Source: Erysipelotrichaceae bacterium (GTDB lineage Bacteria; Bacillota_I; Bacilli_A; Erysipelotrichales; Erysipelotrichaceae). Taken from it: a DNA stretch of 24,000 nt. The stretch lies in the NCBI GenBank assembly GCA_902399855.1, contig CABOGK010000004.1, forward strand, positions 15,503 to 39,502, written 5' to 3'. Made by a program: the position numbers and the translations under genes. This document shows positions 9,239 to 15,327 of this stretch, in pieces. The notes below the pieces were generated by a model. The model saw nothing but the letters and a program-made list of their open reading frames with translations. It had not been told where the DNA came from and made no database searches. Position 1 is the stretch's first letter. Each line of letters starts with the position of its first letter.

Positions 9239-9294
9239 TTTCCTAGAGATAGGAAATCATTTATTTTGTATGAATTTTCACAAAATGTTAACGT
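9237..9294 (+). promoter_or_regulatory. Palindrome (operator and/or terminator hairpin) plus weak predicted EIIC promoter
   Basis: GATTTCCTAgagaTAGGAAATC at 9237-9258 contains the perfect TTTCCTA-N4-TAGGAAA core (9239-9256). It overlaps the RDD stop and is followed by ATTTATTTT, so it is terminator-like. TTGTAT at 9266-9271 and the extended -10-like TGtTAACGT at 9286-9294 put the -10 32 nt after the palindrome. Confidence 0.45.
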
Positions 9295-9319
9295 TATTTC
9301 AAGAAAGAGAGGGTATATT

Positions 9320-10675
9320 ATGGATAAACTCGAAAAACTGCTCATGCCAATGGCAGATATTCTTACGAAAAACCGAGTTTTGATTGCGATTCGAGATGGA
9401 TTCTTGATCACGACACCATTGTTGATCGTAGGATCGATTTTCTTGTTGATCGCAAACTTCCCGATTCCCGGATGGGAAGAGGCAATCTCATCTGTATTAG
9501 GTCCAGACTGGACAGGATGGTTTACAGCGGTATCTAAGGCATCCTTTAACTGTACCGGTTTATTGACAGCTTTAGGTACAGGGTATGCGATGGCTCGTGA
9601 ATTTGGCGGTGATAAGATTCAGGGTGCAGCTGTTGCGGCTGTTGCGTTCTTTATTTTGATGCCAACGACACACATTGCCAGCGATGCAGATGGTAATTTG
9701 GTAGAAGGTGCTACCGTTGCCGGTTTGTCTTTTGACTACATCGGACCAGATGGTATCTTCATGGCGTTGATTTGTGCGATTTTAGGTGTATGGTTGTTCT
9801 GCTTTGCGTATAAAAAAGGCTGGACGATCAAAATGCCTAAGGGTGTTCCTCCGGCAGTTACAGATTCTTTTGCCGCTTTAGTACCAAGTGCAATGGTTAT
9901 GGCAGCTGCCTTCCTGATTCGAATTCTGTTTTCCTTTACAGAATTTGGAACAATGCAGGACTTTGTTGTTGCAATCTTACAGACACCATTACAAGGTTTA
10001 GGTGATACATTAGGAGCTAATGCACTATATACATTCATGTGTTCTTTCCTTTGGTTCTTTGGTATCAACGGTCCGGCTGTATGTAACTCTGTTTACTTCA
10101 TCGGAAATGTATTAACGGCACAGCAGTTATTGGCATTTGAAGCTGGAAAAGAATTACCATATATCTTTACCAACCCATTCAGTAACTTCTTTACCAACTT
10201 TGGAGGCGGAGGTTCCACATTAGGTCTTGTGATTTTGATGTGTACGGTTTGTAAGTCACAGCGAATCAAACAATTGGGACGTTTGTCTATCGTACCAGGT
10301 TTCTTTGGAATCAACGAACCAATCATCTTTGGTTTACCAGTTGTATTGAACCCAATTATTGCGATTCCATTCATTCTGGCTCCGATGTTGAACCTGACAT
10401 TGTCTTATTTTGCCACACTTTGGGAAATCATTCCAAAGACAACCGGTGTAAACTTGCCTTGGACAACCCCAATCGGATTCTCCGGATGGCTTTCTACCGG
10501 TTCCTGGACAGCCAGTGTATGGCAGTTGTTCTTACTGGCACTGAACATGTTGATCTACTTCCCATTCTTAAAGACATTGGATAAAAAATATCTGCAGGAT
10601 GAGGCTAATGCGGAAGCTGCCGGTGGCGAAGAAGAAGACATTTCTTTTGATGATTTAGATTTAGACGATCTATAA
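9320..10675 (+). CDS. PTS EIIC, lactose/cellobiose (type-3) family; no adjacent EIIA/EIIB
   Basis: The N-terminus MDKLEKLLMPMADILTKNRVLIAIRDGFLITTPLLIVGSIFLL and the GINEPIIFGLPVVLNP motif are typical of type-3 EIIC, and the protein is polytopic. I moved the start from 9266 to ATG 9320 (GAGAGGG at 9307-9313). It has an acidic C-terminal tail. Confidence 0.9.
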   Translation: MDKLEKLLMPMADILTKNRVLIAIRDGFLITTPLLIVGSIFLLIANFPIPGWEEAISSVLGPDWTGWFTAVSKASFNCTGLLTALGTGYAMAREFGGDKIQGAAVAAVAFFILMPTTHIASDADGNLVEGATVAGLSFDYIGPDGIFMALICAILGVWLFCFAYKKGWTIKMPKGVPPAVTDSFAALVPSAMVMAAAFLIRILFSFTEFGTMQDFVVAILQTPLQGLGDTLGANALYTFMCSFLWFFGINGPAVCNSVYFIGNVLTAQQLLAFEAGKELPYIFTNPFSNFFTNFGGGGSTLGLVILMCTVCKSQRIKQLGRLSIVPGFFGINEPIIFGLPVVLNPIIAIPFILAPMLNLTLSYFATLWEIIPKTTGVNLPWTTPIGFSGWLSTGSWTASVWQLFLLALNMLIYFPFLKTLDKKYLQDEANAEAAGGEEEDISFDDLDLDDL

Positions 10676-10684
10676 GATTGATGC

Positions 10685-10717
10685 AAAAGCAGGCCATCTA
10701 TCCTGATGCCTGTTTTT
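10685..10717 (+). terminator. Rho-independent terminator/attenuator after EIIC
   Basis: AAAAGCAGGC (10685-10694) pairs with GCCTGTTTTT (10708-10717, one G-U pair) and runs into a T-tract. Confidence 0.65.
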
Positions 10718-10755
10718 GTGCTTATATAGTATAATAACGATAAGGAGGCATACTG

Positions 10756-11277
10756 ATGAAAGTAATGATGATTTTTGATCAGACCCAGGCAGGGTTAGGC
10801 GGTAAAGAAAGCCCGGATCTTGCGATGGGAGGAAAGGCAATGGCGATTGGCTCCTGTGGAATGTTTGAACGTTTTATGCAACAAAATGATGGTAAGATCA
10901 TTGCCACATTGTATTGTGGAGATGGAACATTCAAAGAAGATCCGGAAAAGAATGCCAGGAAGTTTGCGGCCATGGCTAAAAAGTTTAATCCGGATGTAGT
11001 GATCTGTGGGCCATGTTTTAACTATCCAGGCTATGGATGGATGGCAGCCAAGACAGCACTAACTATCAACGAGCATACGGACATTCCGGCTTTTGCGATC
11101 ATGTCCAAAGAATGTGAACAAGCCATTGAAGAATTCAAAGATAAAGTTACGATCTTGAAAATGCCAAAAAAAGGTGGAACCGGATTAAACGAAGCATTAA
11201 GCGAAATGTGCGTATTTGCGCGTATGTTAGCGAATAAAGAAGATACGACAGCGTTTATTCAGGAACACGCCTATTAA
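10756..11277 (+). CDS. Small protein resembling the N-terminal half of glycine/sarcosine/betaine reductase selenoprotein B (GrdB-like, no Sec)
   Basis: 173 aa. Four segments match my recollection of GrdB N-termini (..Y.NQF.aGiGGE..A, CGD.yF, PD..iaGPaFNagRYG): MMIFDQTQAGLGGKESPD, IIATLYCGDGTFKEDPEKN, PDVVICGPCFNYPGYGWMA and GGTGLNEAL. There is no in-frame TGA. A strong AAGGAGG RBS is present. The match is from memory, not a computed alignment. Confidence 0.55.
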   Translation: MKVMMIFDQTQAGLGGKESPDLAMGGKAMAIGSCGMFERFMQQNDGKIIATLYCGDGTFKEDPEKNARKFAAMAKKFNPDVVICGPCFNYPGYGWMAAKTALTINEHTDIPAFAIMSKECEQAIEEFKDKVTILKMPKKGGTGLNEALSEMCVFARMLANKEDTTAFIQEHAY

Positions 11278-11290
11278 AATTAAACTTTCC

Positions 11291-11328
11291 AAAGAGGTCA
11301 ATCCACTATCCACAGACCTCTTTTTTTT
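11291..11328 (+). terminator. Rho-independent terminator after the GrdB-like gene
   Basis: AAAGAGGTC (11291-11299) pairs with GACCTCTTT (11315-11323) and is followed by a T8 run. Confidence 0.8.
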
Positions 11329-11330
11329 GA

Positions 11331-11387
11331 CTTCCTATAAGCTAGGAAACAACCTTAAAATATGAAGAAACGAAAAAAGCCTATAAT
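11331..11387 (+). promoter_or_regulatory. Near-palindrome plus predicted promoter of the M42 gene pair
   Basis: CTTCCTAtaagcTAGGAAA at 11331-11349 (one arm mismatch, spacer 5). TATAAT at 11382-11387 lies 32 nt downstream. The implied transcription start lies after ORF-track ATG 11362, which supports ATG 11416. Confidence 0.55.
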
Positions 11388-11415
11388 AAAACTGACAGAG
11401 AAAGGTGGCTTAATT

Positions 11416-12462
11416 ATGTATAATGAATGGATGAAAGAATTAACGCAGATCATAGGTGTATCAGGTGATGAAAAAAGAGTTTCTCGTTACTTGGCAAAGG
11501 CTTATCAAGGACAATGCGATAAAATCGTTTATGATAATTTAGGATCGGTATTTGCGCTCAAGAAAAGTAAAAAAGAAAATGCGAAACGTGTGATGGTTTG
11601 TGCCCATATGGATGAAGTTGGTTTGATGATCACAGAAATTCAGGAGAATGGATTATTGTCTTTTATCAAGATCGGGCCAATTGAAGAAAAGGCTTTATAT
11701 GGAAGCAGAGTGCGTATTCAGACACGCGAAAAAGAATTGATCGGTGTAATTGTAGCCGATGAAGATGCGATAAAAAATAACGATGTAAAAGGAATGCGCA
11801 TCGATATCGGAGCAGACAGTAAAGAAGAAGTACAGACACAAGGCATCATGGCCGGGGATACGGCAGTTTTTACCGGTGAATATACAACTTTACATCAAAA
11901 TCGTATCATGGCCAAGGCAGCCGATGCTCGCCACGGTTGTGTACTGGGGCTTGCATTATTACAGGCATTGAAGGATGTAGAACTGGACTTTGATTTATAT
12001 GTGGGTGCCAGCGTCATGGAAGAGGTTGGACAACGTGGAGGAACCACAGCCACCGGTTTGATTCATCCGGATCTTGGCATTGTATTAGATGGTGGAGCAG
12101 CCAGTGACTATAAAGGAAAAGACAATGAAGTCGGACAGTTAGGAAAAGGCGTTCTGATTCGATATTACGATAAAGGAATGATGCCAAATCGTGGATTATT
12201 GTTAGAACTGGAAACAGTTTGTAAAGAAAACAAGATCGATTCGCAATACTACTACACGATGACACTGACGGATTCTGCCTGGGTACATAAGCTGTTTAGC
12301 GGCTGTCCTACTTTGACATTGGGTGTTTGTGCCAGAAACTCTCATACCGGAAATGTAGAAATTGATATGCATGATCTGGATTGTGCCAAAAAGGCATTGG
12401 TTGAAATTGTCAAAGGCTTAAACGAAGAGAAGATACAGAAGTTTAAGGAATATAATCGCTAG
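11416..12462 (+). CDS. M42-family metallo-aminopeptidase (FrvX/YsdC/CelM-like), divergent paralogue
   Basis: Metal-ligand motifs are CAHMDEVG, KAADARHG, MEEVGQRG, VLDGG and a late His (ARNSHTG). I moved the start to ATG 11416 (AAAGGTGG at 11401-11408). Confidence 0.85.
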   Translation: MYNEWMKELTQIIGVSGDEKRVSRYLAKAYQGQCDKIVYDNLGSVFALKKSKKENAKRVMVCAHMDEVGLMITEIQENGLLSFIKIGPIEEKALYGSRVRIQTREKELIGVIVADEDAIKNNDVKGMRIDIGADSKEEVQTQGIMAGDTAVFTGEYTTLHQNRIMAKAADARHGCVLGLALLQALKDVELDFDLYVGASVMEEVGQRGGTTATGLIHPDLGIVLDGGAASDYKGKDNEVGQLGKGVLIRYYDKGMMPNRGLLLELETVCKENKIDSQYYYTMTLTDSAWVHKLFSGCPTLTLGVCARNSHTGNVEIDMHDLDCAKKALVEIVKGLNEEKIQKFKEYNR

Positions 12463-12476
12463 AAAGGATGTTTTCT

Positions 12477-13562
12477 ATGACAAAAGAAGCAATAGGAGAT
12501 ATCAATTTAGAGATGCTGAAGGAATTCAGCGAAGCCCATGGTATTAGTGGCAACGAAAAAGAAGTCAGCCGCATCATGAAAAAATGGATGCAGCCTTATG
12601 CCGATGAAATTACCTACGACAACAATGGTTCTATTCTCGGTGTGCAAAAAGGTACAGAAAATGTATCTTTGATGATTGCCGGTCACATGGATGAAGTGGG
12701 CTTTCTGGTTCGTGAAATTGATAAGAATGGATTTATTCGATTGTTGCCGGTTGGAGGCTGGTGGGGACATGTACTACCAAGCCAAACATTGGTTGTAACG
12801 ACACGGGAAGGAAAGCGATATCAGGGGGTCGTCGGTTCCAGTGCACCACATGGTCTTTCCAAGGAAGTGAAAGAAAAAGTCATTCACCCGTTAGACTTGT
12901 TTTTGGATATGGGTGTAGAAAATGCACAGGAAATCTATGATCTGGGGATTCAGATTGGTGACATGGTTACACCGGATACACAGTTTACTGTCATGAATAA
13001 CCCTAATTATTTGATGGGAAAAGCATGGGATGATCGTTTATGTGCTGCTATGGTAGTCGATGTTATGCGCATGCTTCGAAAAGAAGCACACGCTTGTACG
13101 TTGTATGGTGTAGGTACAGTACAGGAAGAAGTTGGATTACGAGGAGCCAGAACTGCCAGCGGTATGTTACATCCGGATGTGGCGATTGCTTTAGATGTAA
13201 CCACAAGCATGGATACTCCGATGGATCAAGGAGCTAATGGCCTAGGAAAAGGTGTCATACTCAGTGTGATGGATGCCGGTATCATCGGTAACAAAAATTT
13301 CCTGTATGAAATGGAGCGAATCTGTAAAGATTTAAATCTGGATATCAACTATGATATGATGACAGTCGGTGGAACGGATGCTGACAATATCCATAAGGCG
13401 CATGATGGTGTTGTGACCATGACACTTTCTATTCCCACACGTTATATGCATTCGCATCGTTTGATCATTCATAGAAAGGACTACTGGCAAACGGTTTTAC
13501 TGATGGCTGAATTTGCTCGTCGTCTGGATACAAATCTGTTAAAACAGCTAAAACAATTTTAG
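12477..13562 (+). CDS. M42-family metallo-aminopeptidase, canonical paralogue
   Basis: Motifs are AGHMDEVG, GKAWDDRLC, VQEEVGLRG, ALDVT and PTRYMHSH. The start is ATG 12477 (GAAAGGA at 12462-12468 overlaps the ORF-track ATG 12468). It lies about 15 nt after the upstream paralogue. Confidence 0.9.
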   Translation: MTKEAIGDINLEMLKEFSEAHGISGNEKEVSRIMKKWMQPYADEITYDNNGSILGVQKGTENVSLMIAGHMDEVGFLVREIDKNGFIRLLPVGGWWGHVLPSQTLVVTTREGKRYQGVVGSSAPHGLSKEVKEKVIHPLDLFLDMGVENAQEIYDLGIQIGDMVTPDTQFTVMNNPNYLMGKAWDDRLCAAMVVDVMRMLRKEAHACTLYGVGTVQEEVGLRGARTASGMLHPDVAIALDVTTSMDTPMDQGANGLGKGVILSVMDAGIIGNKNFLYEMERICKDLNLDINYDMMTVGGTDADNIHKAHDGVVTMTLSIPTRYMHSHRLIIHRKDYWQTVLLMAEFARRLDTNLLKQLKQF

Positions 13563-13588
13563 GCGAGATCAAAATCTCGTCTTTTTTA
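13562..13588 (+). terminator. Rho-independent terminator after the M42 pair
   Basis: CGAGAT (13564-13569) pairs with ATCTCG (13574-13579) and is followed by TCTTTTTT. Confidence 0.75.
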
Positions 13589-13597
13589 GAAAAGCGA

Positions 13598-13628
13598 TTG
13601 ACCTTCCATCCACTGTAAGGTGTTTTAT
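13598..13628 (+). promoter_or_regulatory. MerR-type promoter with long spacer and internal dyad
   Basis: TTGACC (13598-13603), a 19-nt spacer, then TTTTAT (13623-13628). The dyad ACCTTCC (13601-13607) / GTAAGGT (13615-13621) spans the -35 and spacer. The layout closely resembles the CueR-controlled copA promoter type (TTGACCTTCC...GGAAGGT). The exact -10 is ambiguous (TATAAG at 13626-13631 is an alternative). Confidence 0.55.
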
Positions 13629-13646
13629 AAGGGTGAGGTGAAGGAT

Positions 13647-14740
13647 ATGAAAATCAAAAAGGCAGCGGAAATGTGTCAAATGACACCACGAAATATTCGC
13701 TTTTATGAAGAAGTAGGTTTGATTCAGGCAACAAGAGTTGAAAATGGATATCGGGATTATGGAAAGAAAGATATTGAAAGACTTCAACAAATTCGCACAT
13801 TGCGAAATCTTGGCATCCGCATTGATTCGATCAAAGCGTATTTAAAAAGGAGAAGACTTTTTATCAGATTATTCAAGAGCGTAAACAAGAGCTGAATCGT
13901 CAAAGAAAAGACATGGATGCAATCTATCAAATGTGTGAGCAGTTAGAAAATCAAAAGCTTCCATTAAGCAGCAGTGTAACCAATCTCATAGAAGATACGT
14001 TACAAGAAAAAAGATATAGGTCCAAAAAACCGGTTTATGTTCGCTTGTTGTCCAATAATGTGAAAAATCGATTGAGTCGGCGAGCTGTATTGATAAATAG
14101 TATTGCCGGACTGCTAATATTTTTTGTATTAGGTTATTTGTTTTTAGGCAATCTTTTGAATACATTATTGAAGAATTCCGGAAATTTTTCACAGCCTATG
14201 ATCAATTCGTTGATCTTTATTCTTGTGCTTATCCTAACATTTTTGATGTCTGTTTATATGTGTAAGACTACCTACTTTGAACTTCGTGAAGATGGTATCT
14301 ATTATCTGGATAAACAATCGCCATGTTCTTCATGGGATTTGTTTATACATATTTTGAAAAACGATTATTTATCATGTATGGAATTTGTATCTTTTGATGA
14401 TTTGGTGGCGGTCAAAGTGGATGCACAGACCAAAGGTATGATTACAGGAGGAAATCACTTTATTTCTTTCTTTATCATTTTATTTACGAAGGATGAACGA
14501 GCCATTCGTTTGGATTCCAATCTGTTTTATGGGGAAGAACACTTTATGCTGGTGTTCCGTGTATTACATGATAAAGCGCCCAAATGGATTGATCCCAAAC
14601 ATTTAGATAAAATCCTGGAGATGTCGCATGAAAAGGCCTATAAGTTTTTAGATGACTACTTTTGGGAAAAACGTCCATGGCATAAAACATCTAGATATCA
14701 GAAATGGAAAAATAAACAGAAAGAAAGAGATAAAAAATGA
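13647..14740 (+). pseudogene. MerR-family HTH fused to a 2-TM / PH-like C-terminal region, interrupted by a -1 frameshift in an A-run
   Basis: The MerR HTH is MKIKKAAEMCQMTPRNIRFYEEVGLIQATRVENGYRDYGKKDIERLQQIRTLRNLG. Frame 0 stops at 13895. The -1 frame is open from 13841 and reads KKEKTFYQIIQERKQELNRQRKDMDAIYQMCEQLENQKL (a typical MerR coiled coil) straight into ORF 13913-14740. That ORF has two hydrophobic helices and a beta-rich domain. The junction is at TTTAAAAAGG (13841-13850). Confidence 0.6.
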
Positions 14741-15237
14741 GTTTAAAAGAACTTTCAAAACAGTATATTTTATTGGCATCTATTTATACAGGATCTTATT
14801 CCAGGACACCATTTGAAATGACATATCGAGTGTATCCCGGCTATGTGCATGTAGAGTATGATGAGCATGGATTCTTACTGAAATATAAACAGGAGCAGTA
14901 TTCTTTTTCGTATGCAGATATTGAATCGTTGGAATTGTCGGTTTGTGGGCGAAGAGCAACTATTCGACAAAGCTATGTACTCACGATCCATATAAAAGTA
15001 AAAGAATGGGATTTGGAAATAGAAACGTATGATTTTGATGATGCGATGATATTTTGTCAAAGAGCACCGAAAGAAGTTTTTACGGATCGGCTTAACTTAA
15101 TTTCTTTGTATCAGAAGCTCAAACAAAACCCGAAAATGTTTTATCAGTATTTGAATAAACATAATGAAGATATCTTTAAAGATTGTCCACAAGATCGAAG
15201 AAGAATAGATTTTGTACGGAAAAGTCGAGCTAAATAG
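14737..15237 (+). CDS. Hypothetical protein, translationally coupled to the MerR-membrane gene
   Basis: 166 aa with an ATGA start/stop overlap at 14737-14740. I recognised no family. The beta-rich core is followed by a basic C-terminus. Confidence 0.6.
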   Translation: MSLKELSKQYILLASIYTGSYSRTPFEMTYRVYPGYVHVEYDEHGFLLKYKQEQYSFSYADIESLELSVCGRRATIRQSYVLTIHIKVKEWDLEIETYDFDDAMIFCQRAPKEVFTDRLNLISLYQKLKQNPKMFYQYLNKHNEDIFKDCPQDRRRIDFVRKSRAK

Positions 15238-15275
15238 GACAATGAATTTGAATTCCATTTACTTTATAAAATACA

Positions 15276-15315
15276 AGAACCTATGAAAATATGAGTCACA
15301 GGTTCTAACTTTTTT
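15276..15315. terminator. Bidirectional terminator between convergent genes
   Basis: AGAACCT (15276-15282) pairs with AGGTTCT (15300-15306), followed by AACTTTTTT. There is an A/T-rich run on the other side for the minus-strand HAD gene. Confidence 0.6.
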
Positions 15316-15327
15316 AAAATAATGAAG

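Noticed and set aside
9264-9285. CRP/FNR- or cre-like dyad TTTTGT-N10-ACAAAA (TGTATGAATTTTCACA) in the EIIC-1 leader
   Set aside because: Only the outer 6-bp arms are complementary. It lacks the central CG of a CcpA cre site and matches TGTGA-N6-TCACA on one side only. This is too weak to call.
837-10374. Other short ORFs embedded in or antisense to large genes (837-1091, 2670-2918, 3223-3429, 3556-3780, 7398-7873, 9736-10068, 10093-10374, and similar ones further right)
   Set aside because: Each overlaps a gene with strong motif support on the other strand or in another frame. None has a convincing RBS or a recognisable domain.
10756-11277. Possibility that the GrdB-like gene is a selenoprotein or a truncated grdB
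   Set aside because: There is no in-frame TGA, and no open continuation beyond the TAA at 11275-11277. A strong terminator follows immediately, and no other grd genes are nearby.
8570-11415. Longer N-terminal extensions offered by the ORF track (8570, 9266, 11362; likewise 3827, 12468, 13620, 18265, 20285, 21783)
   Set aside because: In each case an internal ATG is preceded at 5-8 nt by a clear Shine-Dalgarno sequence. The extension either overlaps the upstream gene or terminator, or lies upstream of the predicted promoter.
13841-13847. Programmed -1 ribosomal frameshifting at T_TTA_AAA as the primary explanation for the split MerR gene
   Set aside because: The heptamer fits the formal pattern, but I could find no downstream hairpin or pseudoknot at the usual 5-9 nt distance. 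A one-base change in an A-run (sequencing error or mutation) is more parsimonious, so I keep frameshifting only as an alternative in the finding.
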